A stretch of DNA of 64,000 bases from Patescibacteria group bacterium (GCA_041666205.1 JBAYHI010000005.1:20386-84385), one strand, 5' to 3'; positions 1 through 8,960 are shown, counted from the stretch's first letter. Numbers and translations: made by a program. Notes: generated from the letters alone by a model not told the origin.

Positions 1-550
1 GTATTTCTTTTTTACTTTTGACGGTAAGAATAGCTTGAGCTAATTCTAAAATTGCGTCACCCTCGTTCTTCCCAACCAGTTCCTTGATCATTCCTTCAAA
101 TTCATAACCAGTTTTTTGGAAATCTCGCATTAAATGAACCCACCTCTCATCTCGAATTTTTGCTGTAAGCGTCTTGATTTGTTCAGCCGGCAATGAATTA
201 ATAATTTGAAGAAAACGATCCACGACTTCCGGATTAAAATTTGCTTGAGATATCGAAACGGAGGCAATAATCTCTGTAACTTTTTGTGGATTCTTTTCTG
301 CCATTCGAGTCAAATACTCGAGCTCAGACATACGATACGAATATCGCATTGGGTCTTCTGCTTTATTTTTTATCTCATCCAAAAATCCTTCTTGCCAAAG
401 CCAGCCAAGCCAAGACTCATCTGCTAGTGAAAAGAAAAATCGTTTAGCGTCTTCATTCACCTGTAGACTTTGTGCGACAAAAACATCAGCGCAGTCAGTA
501 CCGGCTGCGAAAAATTCGCCTATTCTTTTATGTAATTCAAGCTGGCTCAT
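1..550 (-). CDS. Hypothetical, probably alpha-helical protein, 3'-truncated by the window edge (not in the ORF track)
   Basis: Manual translation from ATG at 550 is open to position 1: MSQLELHKRIGEFFAAGTDCADVFVAQSLQVNEDAKRFFFSLADESWLGWLWQEGFLDEIK...; starts 1 bp after the CHAT gene stop. Confidence 0.8.
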   Translation of the reverse strand, partial: MSQLELHKRIGEFFAAGTDCADVFVAQSLQVNEDAKRFFFSLADESWLGWLWQEGFLDEIKNKAEDPMRYSYRMSELEYLTRMAEKNPQKVTEIIASVSISQANFNPEVVDRFLQIINSLPAEQIKTLTAKIRDERWVHLMRDFQKTGYEFEGMIKELVGKNEGDAILELAQAILTVKSKKEI

Positions 551-551
551 A

Positions 552-1601
552 TTAAGCATTCATAAATAAAATCGGAACGTAATCTTTATCCGCTTGAGGA
601 TTATCATAATACCTTCTCAGTGATTCCTTATAAACTTCTTCCAACCTTTCGAAGTCTTTTCCGGACACCAAAGATTCATAAAATAATTTAGCAAAGATAC
701 CTGCAGAATCTTCTCCGACTCCATATCTGTAACCAATCGCATATCGCGCAATCCCCTTGCTGACGATTTCAAAAGCCAAACTACTCTTATTCACGGCACC
801 TCCACCAGAATAGCAGGAGGAAACAAAAAACAACAAAAATTTTTTGCCTTGAAGAATGTGGATAATCTCCCAATCTTCCAAAATATCTACTTCATTATAT
901 TGATTAATGTCGGATGCCTCTAAACAAAAACCGCCCCCCTCGTCCCCATGCATCATGATGTGGACGATATTATAATCATCCCAGGCTAAAGCGCCGAATT
1001 TTTCTATCGTTGTGTGTTTCGATATCGATATGTTACTTATATGCAATTGTTTGGGAAGCGCCTCTAAAGCATATTTAACTATATCGATGATCTCAATGAT
1101 TATTTTATTTTTGAGATCTTTCAATTTTTCCGTTCGGCGTTCATTGGAATAGGAGGCTACTAATAATAAACTATTGCTGCTGGGCGGATCTAATCTCTCT
1201 CCTGTAACAACTTTTCTCAAAACAAAAATTCTTTTTGCGGATATCTTTTCCCATGGGAGCTCTAGAAAATCACTAAAACCTGACTCGATTATCAGTTCAC
1301 TGCCATCCCCGAAATCAGAGTCACTCAAAGATATTCGTTCAGCTACAAAACTTACAACGCTTTGAAGATTTGGTCCGAGATTTTTTTCAGTAATATTTTC
1401 ATTGCTCATTCCGTTGCCAGCCCCAGGATTGGTAAGCCGTACCCCCGCAGTTCTCTTTGCCTGAGCACAGCGTCCATCGAATTCAGAAAACAATATGGGA
1501 ACTGGATCGCCTTCGTTGCAACCCACAAATAAGTATTGCCCCACAGGCAATTGTTCCCCGTTGTTTTCTTTCATGTCTTTTAGTTCACAAAAAATCTTCA
1601 T
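552..1601 (-). CDS. CHAT-domain (caspase-like, clan CD) protease
   Basis: LELPWE motif, catalytic His in IVHIMMHG, catalytic Cys in FVSSCYSG, AKLFYESL helix; no TPRs seen. Confidence 0.8.
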   Translation of the reverse strand: MKIFCELKDMKENNGEQLPVGQYLFVGCNEGDPVPILFSEFDGRCAQAKRTAGVRLTNPGAGNGMSNENITEKNLGPNLQSVVSFVAERISLSDSDFGDGSELIIESGFSDFLELPWEKISAKRIFVLRKVVTGERLDPPSSNSLLLVASYSNERRTEKLKDLKNKIIIEIIDIVKYALEALPKQLHISNISISKHTTIEKFGALAWDDYNIVHIMMHGDEGGGFCLEASDINQYNEVDILEDWEIIHILQGKKFLLFFVSSCYSGGGAVNKSSLAFEIVSKGIARYAIGYRYGVGEDSAGIFAKLFYESLVSGKDFERLEEVYKESLRRYYDNPQADKDYVPILFMNA

Positions 1602-1646
1602 GAAATCTGAGTCGATAGCTTATTCACTTAAGTTTTCTTTAATTAA

Positions 1647-3548
1647 TTACGATATATCTTCCTCCCACGTCCCATTCGCATCAATACGACTTCTGAAAAA
1701 CTTTTCTGTTTCTTTATTCACAAAGTACACATAACAACCTTTCATCCCCCGCGTCAATAAGATTCGATAGGTGTTTTTCAACAGCTCGACAAATTGATCT
1801 TTTGATCTCCGAACAACCGTATCAAATGAATGTTCTGGTCGTGCAATCCAATTTTGCTTCTCAAAATCGTAAACCAAATCTTCACCGATAATGACACCAA
1901 CATAATCAAACTCAAATCCCTGAGCCGTATACACGCAACCAATTTGATTTACGCCTTGCGGATCGTGTGCCCATAATGATGCTTTTGGAATTCCGGCCAC
2001 CAATCTTCTTGAATCTGTCTTTGCATTCCACGGACGTTGATAATCTCCGATAACGACATCGTCGACTAACGCGCCCTCATTCGTCGCACTAGACCAAGGC
2101 CAGCAAAACCCTGCTGTCAAACGTGCCGTGTTTCCATGTTCAGCTTTTTCTTTTATGGCTTGTTCCAGAGCCTCCGGCGTGTCGAAAATTTTAAATTCAA
2201 AACCGTCATTTTGGTCCCAAATAGGATTTGCCGTACGTTTGATTCCCAACGTGTTATTGACCCAATTGATAAAGGCGTCCGAGCCATTGCATCGAAATTG
2301 CGCCTCAAGTTCATACTCTAAAACCTCACGGCCTTTTTCTTTTGCGTATTCACGAATGTAGGAAACCGACCCGATCTCATTTGGTCGCACGATTTGATTG
2401 TCGTCGATGAAAAATACGGCAAGTTTCGATGCATCTAATAATTCTTCAATTTGGAGTTTGTTTGAGGTTTTATCTTTCCGTGTAAATCGATTATTGCTCG
2501 TTTTTCGTATTCGATGTGCTTCATCACAAATTAGCACATCAATGTCGCCGGGACCGGCCGAAGCATAACTATTGAAATATTTGAATTGTACCGAGCCACG
2601 CGTTCCAATAATTTTTCTTAGTGTCTCGGTAAATGCTTTTGACCCCGTGGCGTAATGTGCATTTTTCCCCTCAGCTAATAGATCTGCCATTAAATTTAGT
2701 GCAATAACAGATTTCCCCGTGCCAGGACCACCGCGAACAATTAATATTTTACGTCCGTCGCTCGTATCAAGTCCTCGACGTGCTAACGCCATCACCTTAT
2801 CAAAAACGATACGCTGTTCATCGAGCAAAACATATTCTGATTTTCCTTTGATAACTGAAGAGATGTGATCGAGTAATTTCCGACTTGGTTTATATTTCCC
2901 ATTATCAATTTTACTCATGACCGATTCCCCGTTTCCGCGCTCCAAACCCTGCAATAAATATGCACAAAGTTCATCTACTTTTTCTGCTGTAAAAACTGGG
3001 TATTTATCGACGAGGTTGGAGAATTTTGGTGAGAACAACTCATCATTGCTCACCGGATTATAGTTGTGCAAATAACTACACGCTTCCAGACGTACCGGCT
3101 GTGGTCCTTCATAAAAAGTCGTGTGCGTATCTGCAAGATATTCTTTGTACCCGCCAACTTGCGCTGAAGGATGAAGAACCTCGCGCTTCGCACCACCTAC
3201 CCACGTTAAGACTTCATTTTCTCCGTCGGCTTGTTCGGTTTTCTCCCACTGCTTGAGCTCGATGATCATTGCCGTATCTTGAGCGTTTGTATCGACTCCG
3301 CAGATAATGCAATCAAGACGTTTTGACGTTAAAGGCAATTGATATTCCAAAAGGATACCGTGATCAATAAGATCTGCATGCTGAAAAACTTGAGACAATG
3401 CGCGCAACGAATTTCTCCAAGATGTAACCTCAGCTGGCGAAGGATAATAACGAAAATGTGAAAAAAATGCATCGCGAAGAAGATCAGCAATGCGATTTTG
3501 AATATTATCGAGGATAAATTCTTTCGAGGTACCTGAATAGAGTCGCAT
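1647..3548 (-). CDS. DUF2075 / Schlafen group-3-like SF1 helicase with N-terminal PD-(D/E)xK-like nuclease
   Basis: Walker A GGPGTGKS, Walker B ICDEAHR, QFRC, TAQGFEFDY, YRILLTRG; N-terminal RLDCII...IIELKQW. Confidence 0.88.
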   Translation of the reverse strand: MRLYSGTSKEFILDNIQNRIADLLRDAFFSHFRYYPSPAEVTSWRNSLRALSQVFQHADLIDHGILLEYQLPLTSKRLDCIICGVDTNAQDTAMIIELKQWEKTEQADGENEVLTWVGGAKREVLHPSAQVGGYKEYLADTHTTFYEGPQPVRLEACSYLHNYNPVSNDELFSPKFSNLVDKYPVFTAEKVDELCAYLLQGLERGNGESVMSKIDNGKYKPSRKLLDHISSVIKGKSEYVLLDEQRIVFDKVMALARRGLDTSDGRKILIVRGGPGTGKSVIALNLMADLLAEGKNAHYATGSKAFTETLRKIIGTRGSVQFKYFNSYASAGPGDIDVLICDEAHRIRKTSNNRFTRKDKTSNKLQIEELLDASKLAVFFIDDNQIVRPNEIGSVSYIREYAKEKGREVLEYELEAQFRCNGSDAFINWVNNTLGIKRTANPIWDQNDGFEFKIFDTPEALEQAIKEKAEHGNTARLTAGFCWPWSSATNEGALVDDVVIGDYQRPWNAKTDSRRLVAGIPKASLWAHDPQGVNQIGCVYTAQGFEFDYVGVIIGEDLVYDFEKQNWIARPEHSFDTVVRRSKDQFVELLKNTYRILLTRGMKGCYVYFVNKETEKFFRSRIDANGTWEEDIS

Positions 3549-3550
3549 AA

Positions 3551-3898
3551 CTAGAGTTTATTGTATTTCGTGTGTTTCCCTTTTGCTTTTTCGATCGGGT
3601 ATTTTTCTTCGTTTTTTTTCAATTTTTTCTCTACCGCTTTCAGAAGATCAATTTTCAAATCATGGCTCATTAATAAAACCCAATACAAAACATCCGCGAG
3701 CTCATCTGCGATATGTTCTTTATCGCTTTTCACATAATCCTCAATTTCTTTTGGATTTTTCCATTGGAAATGTTCCATCACTTCTCCCGCCTCCAAAACC
3801 AAAGAAATCGACAAATCTTTTGGGTTATGAAATTGCCTCCAGTCTCTTGCATCTCGAAATGCAATGATCTTTTTTGTGATCTTTTTTATGTCATCCAT
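3551..3898 (-). CDS. MazG-like nucleotide pyrophosphohydrolase (dCTPase/RS21-C6 type)
   Basis: RDWRQFHNPKDL, EAGE and DELAD metal-binding motifs, KYP tail. Confidence 0.92.
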   Translation of the reverse strand: MDDIKKITKKIIAFRDARDWRQFHNPKDLSISLVLEAGEVMEHFQWKNPKEIEDYVKSDKEHIADELADVLYWVLLMSHDLKIDLLKAVEKKLKKNEEKYPIEKAKGKHTKYNKL

Positions 3899-4186
3899 AC
3901 CGTCCCATTCTCCCCCCTTTTCCCTCTTTCTTCAATCCCTCCCCAAAATCAAAAATCCCCCGCCGGGGCGAGGGGAAAAAAACCAGAGGAATATGCAAAT
4001 TTTGCATTTTGCTTTCCACTTGCATTTTCAGATGTCCGATTTTTTCGTACACCTGACTCCCCCAAACATTTTTACCCTTTTCCCTCTTGTTCAAAGGGGT
4101 CGAATTCGACCAGTTTGAGGCGAGAGGGATTATTCAGTGCGTGACAATTTGTCACGGTTTCATTTTTAGACCGGGTCGAGGAAAAA

Positions 4187-4753
4187 TTATTCCACAAACA
4201 ATTCATCTTCTTCCCATTTTCGTGGGTTCTCCATAATATAGGTGCGGATATTGCTGAGGGATTTCTCATCACGAACAATGTGTTCATAATAATTCCGTTG
4301 CCAAACCGCGCCACCGGTATTCCCTCGAATAACATTCGCGCGTTTTGTGACCGCGGATTTGAATCCGGCAACAAACGATCCAATCGATTGCGATTTGGGA
4401 CCAGATCGATGTCCTGTAGGGGCGACCGGCCGGTCGCCCCTACGAAAACAAATATCGTCCGTACGAAAAACATCATTTCCACGGTTGATAACCGTAATCA
4501 CATGGATATGATTTGGCATAATCACCAAAGAATCCAATTCGATTTCGGATCGAATTTCGAGGGTCTTCAATAATTCATCATGAACAATATTCCCAAATTG
4601 ATTTAGACGAATAATTCCATGTTCAATTGCACCAAACAAACATTCACGATCCTTTGTGCAAATCGTGAGAAAATATGCGCCATCCTCAGAATAATCGTAT
4701 CCTTGCAGACGAATGGAACGACGGTGCAATCGTGGAAATTTATTAATCGGCAT
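4187..4753 (-). mobile_element. REP-associated tyrosine transposase (RAYT; HUH/Y1, IS200-like)
   Basis: RRSIRLQGYDY, YFLTICT, MPNHIH (HUH), WQRNYYEHIVR, YIMENP. Confidence 0.9.
4416..4443. repeat. GTAG-type REP: perfect 28-bp palindrome inside the RAYT gene
   Basis: GTAGGGGCGACCGG|CCGGTCGCCCCTAC. Confidence 0.85.
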
Positions 4754-4772
4754 TTGGCAAAGGATCTATTCC

Positions 4773-5126
4773 TTACTCGTAAATCGGCGGGGACCAAGCC
4801 AACCAGATTATAAGATCTGTAATCAATAGCAATCCAACCAACGCCAGATCCCAAAATCCCACCCATTTTTTCTCTGCAATCTCTGGAAAGAATTTTCCAA
4901 AATAGATGTAGTACAAAATCCGTCGAATGAGTTGCGCGCCAAGAAGGACGCCAACGATTCTTGGAATAGCCGTGAGTGGATAATATCCCCAAAAAATAAA
5001 TCCAACGTCACGCCACGTGAATAAAAGAATAAAAACCGTGGGAACCAAAATGCACACAAAGTAAAGCACGCGCAAAAGGCGATACCATACGATTTCTTTT
5101 GCACGTAAAAGTGTTTTTGTTTGCAT
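4773..5126 (-). CDS. Small hypothetical membrane protein
   Basis: 117 aa with about 3 hydrophobic segments; GGAGG just upstream. Confidence 0.65.
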   Translation of the reverse strand: MQTKTLLRAKEIVWYRLLRVLYFVCILVPTVFILLFTWRDVGFIFWGYYPLTAIPRIVGVLLGAQLIRRILYYIYFGKFFPEIAEKKWVGFWDLALVGLLLITDLIIWLAWSPPIYE

Positions 5127-5142
5127 ACTCCTCCATGAAAAA

Positions 5143-5589
5143 TTATTTCTTCAGCAATTCCTCAATCATCTTTTTCACGCGTCCCCCATCGACCTGCCCG
5201 CGTAGCTGTTCCATTGATGCTTTCATGGCTTTGCCCATATCAGCCAAATCGCTCACACCAAGTTCGGCAAGAAGTGCTTCAATTTTTGTTTTTAATTCTT
5301 CATCACTCATTTCCGGTGGCAAGTAGGCCTTAAGAATCGCAATTTCTTTTTGCGTTTGCGCAATCAAATCTTCACGCGCAGCTTTTGTGAAATCCCCGAG
5401 TGCATCTTCGAGTTTTTTCAAATCGCTCTTAATGACCGTCATTGCATCGGCGTCTTCGAGTTCTTTTTTGACCTCAATGGCTTTATTTTTGAGAGACGAG
5501 AACGTAACACGCAAGATATTTAAGGTCTCCATGTCGTGGTTACGCATGGCGTTTTTGATGTCTTCTTGGATTTGTTGATAGAGATTCAT
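5143..5589 (-). CDS. GatB/YqeY domain protein
   Basis: DIKNAMR...REDL...EIAILKAYLP...DMGKAM...G.VDG; downstream of rpsU as is usual; start moved to MNLYQQ. Confidence 0.9.
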   Translation of the reverse strand: MNLYQQIQEDIKNAMRNHDMETLNILRVTFSSLKNKAIEVKKELEDADAMTVIKSDLKKLEDALGDFTKAAREDLIAQTQKEIAILKAYLPPEMSDEELKTKIEALLAELGVSDLADMGKAMKASMEQLRGQVDGGRVKKMIEELLKK

Positions 5590-5646
5590 ATGAAGACAGA
5601 TTAGCATGGATTTTGGGATAAATCCATGGATTCTGTCTTATAGAAT

Positions 5647-6002
5647 TTACAGGGGCCTGTCAGCCCCTTTTCTTGTTATCTCCACTTTCTTTGGATTCGT
5701 AGGGGCATCCTGCCCCTTGAACCCTGGCCCCTCTTTTCTTTGCTGGACCCAAAGAAAAGAGGGGGGAAAAGAAAGGGTCTGTTTTCTTGTAGCCCATCCC
5801 AGCCTTCGCGCTTGGCTGGCCCGGAAAAACGTATGAAGAACCAAACCACCCAGGGCAGGAACGTTTTTCCGGTCGGGCAGTGTTCTGATTGCACCGCCGC
5901 CTCGAGGTTGGTAAAGAGGAATCCGGCAAGTTTCTTTCTCTCCACTTTCTTTGCCGGAACAAAGAAAGTGGAGAAAATAGGTTAGGGGCTGGAAGCCCCT
6001 AC
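5647..6002. repeat. Hairpin-rich dispersed element, copy 1 (MITE/REPIN-like)
   Basis: 5792-5878 identical to 53622-53708; CTTTG..CAAAG hairpins; AGGGGC..GCCCCT hairpins at the ends. Confidence 0.8.
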
Positions 6003-6035
6003 AAAAAAGAACAGTCTTTCGACTGTTCTTTTCTT
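6003..6035 (-). terminator. Rho-independent terminator of rpsU
   Basis: AAAAGAACAGTC-TTTC-GACTGTTCTTTT stem with flanking A/T tracts. Confidence 0.7.
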
Positions 6036-6038
6036 GTT

Positions 6039-6290
6039 TTAGTTCTGTTGTTTCTTGCGGAAATCTTCTTCTTTAAGCTTTCCGGTACGGATCAAGTATT
6101 CACGCTTCTCGCCCATTTCCAATCGACGCAATGCGTTTTTGCGACGCTTATTGCGATTTGGGGTGCGGGTGAAGAATCGTCCTGCGCGAACATCGAGCGT
6201 TTTACCGCTCTGTTGCACGCGACGGGTAAAGCGACGGAACATCGCTTCAAAACTCTCGCCCTTTTTTCGTTTGATTTCAATGTCTGACAT
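6039..6290 (-). CDS. rpsU: 30S ribosomal protein bS21
   Basis: GESFEAMFRRFTRRVQQSG, basic. Confidence 0.85.
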   Translation of the reverse strand: MSDIEIKRKKGESFEAMFRRFTRRVQQSGKTLDVRAGRFFTRTPNRNKRRKNALRRLEMGEKREYLIRTGKLKEEDFRKKQQN

Positions 6291-6335
6291 GTTGTTTTCC
6301 TACTTTTCTAGTGGCACGAGTGTATCAAAATCCCT

Positions 6336-7676
6336 TTATGCTGTCAACGCCTTCTCGTCCTTCATGCGGCGGCCAACGAGCTCCACCACACGATCGGAGT
6401 CCACAATCTCTTGTGCACCCGATTCCATATCACGAATAATAATAGTGCCGTCGAGCACTTCTTTTTGCCCCAAAATAAGGGCAATCTTTGCATTGTGCTT
6501 ATTGGCAAGATCAAGCTGGGCTTTGAGAGAACCTTTGCCAAACGCTTCGGCAACTGGCACACCCCCCTGGCGGAAACGCTCAAAAATGAGCATGCCTTTG
6601 CGACGTGCAGCTTCACCGAGCTGGCAGAAGAATACTTCTACCTTGCGATTATGTGGCACAGGAGCATTTGCTTCTTTCATGGCCGCAATCACGCGTTCGA
6701 TTCCAACTGCTGCACCCATCGCACCCGTTCCTTCGCGTCCACCCATTTGTGGAATCAAATCATCGTAGCGCCCGCCACCTGCAAGTGAACTTTGTGCGCG
6801 CTCTGGATTATCTGTGACCTGAACGATTTCAAAAACGGTTTTTCCGTAGTAATCAAGACCTCGCACCATGAACGGATCGAGCTCATAGCGCACATCCACC
6901 TCATCAAGATATTCAATCACCTTCATGAAATGCTGTTTTGAATCATCGTCGAGCCAATCCACAATTTGTGGCGCGTTTTTCTTGAGTTCTTCCATGCCCT
7001 CTTCTTTTGAATCCAATAGTCGGAGTGGATTTTTCGCCAAACGCTTCTTATCGGTTTCAGATAATTGACGACGATGTGCTTTAAAATAATTCACAAGCTC
7101 CATGATGTATTCTCGTCGACTTGCTGGTGTGCCAATGGAATTAAGTTTCACCACCACTTCAATACCGAGCTCTTTCATGAGCTGAGCGCACATAAGGATG
7201 ACTTGCGCGTCGATAATTGGTTCCTGAGACCCAAGCACTTCAACACCCCACTGCCAGAACTGACGATATCGCCCAGCTTGTGGACGATCATAGCGAAACA
7301 TCGGCTCGGCATACCAAAGCTTTACGGGCTGTGGCAAATTGAGCATGCCATGCTCGGCATAGGCGCGCGCAACTTGCGCAGTAGCTTCTGGACGGAGGGA
7401 AACGCGATCACCGCTTTGATCAACGAAGGTAAACATTTCTTTTTCCACAATGTCGGTTCCTTTCCCAACCGCACGCTCAAAGAGCGATGTTTTTTCCAAG
7501 AGTGGCAATCGAATGCGACCAAAACTATAATCATCGGAAATTTTTCGAGCCGTATCCATCACCTTGTCCCAATACGCTTGCTCTTCTGGCAAAACATCAC
7601 GGAATCCTCGCAACGTATGAGGTTGGTTGGCCGCTCCTTTTGCCTTTCCCTCCGCTTCTGCTGGTGTTGCAATCAT
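6336..7676 (-). CDS. hisS: Histidyl-tRNA synthetase
   Basis: LRPEATA, FRYDRPQAGRYRQF, VRGLDYY, GGGRYD. Confidence 0.97.
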   Translation of the reverse strand: MIATPAEAEGKAKGAANQPHTLRGFRDVLPEEQAYWDKVMDTARKISDDYSFGRIRLPLLEKTSLFERAVGKGTDIVEKEMFTFVDQSGDRVSLRPEATAQVARAYAEHGMLNLPQPVKLWYAEPMFRYDRPQAGRYRQFWQWGVEVLGSQEPIIDAQVILMCAQLMKELGIEVVVKLNSIGTPASRREYIMELVNYFKAHRRQLSETDKKRLAKNPLRLLDSKEEGMEELKKNAPQIVDWLDDDSKQHFMKVIEYLDEVDVRYELDPFMVRGLDYYGKTVFEIVQVTDNPERAQSSLAGGGRYDDLIPQMGGREGTGAMGAAVGIERVIAAMKEANAPVPHNRKVEVFFCQLGEAARRKGMLIFERFRQGGVPVAEAFGKGSLKAQLDLANKHNAKIALILGQKEVLDGTIIIRDMESGAQEIVDSDRVVELVGRRMKDEKALTA

Positions 7677-7692
7677 AGATCGTTATTTGAAA

Positions 7693-8322
7693 TTATTGAT
7701 TTGAATACTCCGGAGACTGAATCGCTCCCATACGGTTGAACGGAAGTCCACGCACCCATGCACGACCCACAATCACCTTACTCGTAATAGGACCAAAGGA
7801 TCGAGAGTCCAAACTTTCATCGCGATTATCGCCCAGCACATAATATTCATCTTCCCCTAATACGACGCTTTCACGTCCATGGGTGTATTCGCTGATATAT
7901 TCTTCGGTGAGCGTAAAACCGTTTGGATGTTCCGCATTCTTGATGGTAATGGTGCCATCGGCAATCTCAACCGTCTCTCCAGGAAGGCCAATCACACGCT
8001 TGATATAAAACTGCGACGGACTGGTTGGCGGAGCAAAGACGACCACCTCCCCGCGATCAATGGCGCGCAAGCGATACGAGAGTTCGTCGATGATGAGATA
8101 CTCGTCGTTGTAAAAATTCGGCTCCATGGATGCGCCCAAGACCACAAATGGCTTTACCACAAAGTAACGAATTGGAATGATGATGGCCGCGGCAATCACA
8201 AGGATTTGCAAGACCTCAACCCCAAAGAGCACAATTGAGCCAAGCGTGGCTCCAAATACACGAAAGATCATGCGATCTTCCCCTTGTGGAGCATCACTTG
8301 TTTCTTTTTTAAAGAATGACAT
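7693..8322 (-). CDS. lepB: Signal peptidase I
   Basis: GASMEP (Ser), YIKRVIGLPG (Lys), GDNRDESLDSR; start moved to MSFFKKE. Confidence 0.95.
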   Translation of the reverse strand: MSFFKKETSDAPQGEDRMIFRVFGATLGSIVLFGVEVLQILVIAAAIIIPIRYFVVKPFVVLGASMEPNFYNDEYLIIDELSYRLRAIDRGEVVVFAPPTSPSQFYIKRVIGLPGETVEIADGTITIKNAEHPNGFTLTEEYISEYTHGRESVVLGEDEYYVLGDNRDESLDSRSFGPITSKVIVGRAWVRGLPFNRMGAIQSPEYSNQ

Positions 8323-8454
8323 GTGAGTTTGTTTAAAGTGCGAGCATAATACCATAAAAAAATCGCCTGTGCAATAGCAAAAAATGGCCGAAGTTAGAGA
8401 AATCCACTCCCTTGCCATCCGTCCATTGGTTTGATAGAGTAGGGATTGCAATTT

Positions 8455-8531
8455 GGACGTGTAGCTCAGCTGGTTAGAGCGCTGTCCTCACACGACAGAG
8501 GTCAGAGGTCCGAGTCCTCTCACGTCCACCA
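8455..8531 (+). tRNA. tRNA-Val(CAC)
   Basis: Cloverleaf GGACGTG/CACGTCC, anticodon arm CTGTC-CTCACAC-GACAG, encoded CCA; upstream TTGCCA-17-TAGAGT. Confidence 0.93.
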
Positions 8532-8532
8532 C

Positions 8533-8661
8533 CCTTCGCTCCTTCGGAGCTACGGGTGGCAGGCCATCCTTGTTCAACGAACGACGGATGACAGGCCATC
8601 CTGCCACACTCGGAATCGGCGAAGGGTGCCCTTCCGAAGCTCTGTTCATACAGAGCGAAGG
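8533..8661. repeat. Inverted pair of REP-like hairpins between tRNA-Val and the GIY-YIG gene
   Basis: CCTTCGCTC..GAGCTACGG versus CCGAAGCTC..GAGCGAAGG (inverted, 1 mismatch); internal direct repeat CAGGCCATCCT. Confidence 0.6.
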
Positions 8662-8683
8662 AGGGCGCGAACTCGACGCAACT

Positions 8684-8929
8684 ATGTTTTTTGTGTACAT
8701 CATCCAAAGTATCAATTTTTCTGATAAACGATACACGGGTTTTACTGAATGTATCGAATCAAGGATTGATGAACATAATCGTGGCAAATCGCCACACACA
8801 AAAAAATTCAAACCATGGAAACTAATCTACTATTCAGCGTTTGCAGAAAAAAAGAAAGCATTAGACTTCGAAAAATATTTAAAGTCTGCATCAGGATCTG
8901 CATTCAGAAATAAAAGACTGCTCTCATAA
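8684..8929 (+). CDS. Stand-alone GIY-YIG nuclease (UPF0213/COG2827-like)
   Basis: VYII...YTG...R..EHN...FEKYLKS; start moved to MFFVY. Confidence 0.9.
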   Translation: MFFVYIIQSINFSDKRYTGFTECIESRIDEHNRGKSPHTKKFKPWKLIYYSAFAEKKKALDFEKYLKSASGSAFRNKRLLS

Positions 8930-8960
8930 TCCTCCCTGTTTTTAAAATTTATTTCCGCAT

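Noticed and set aside
4072-4482. 136-aa ORF overlapping the RAYT gene
   Set aside because: Alternative frame of the transposase; only its tail has short palindrome-derived peptide look-alikes.
5606-5985. Similar ORFs here and at 53427-54052 sharing peptides such as KNQTTQGRNVFPVG
   Set aside because: Translations of the repeated non-coding element in several frames; identity is at DNA level only.
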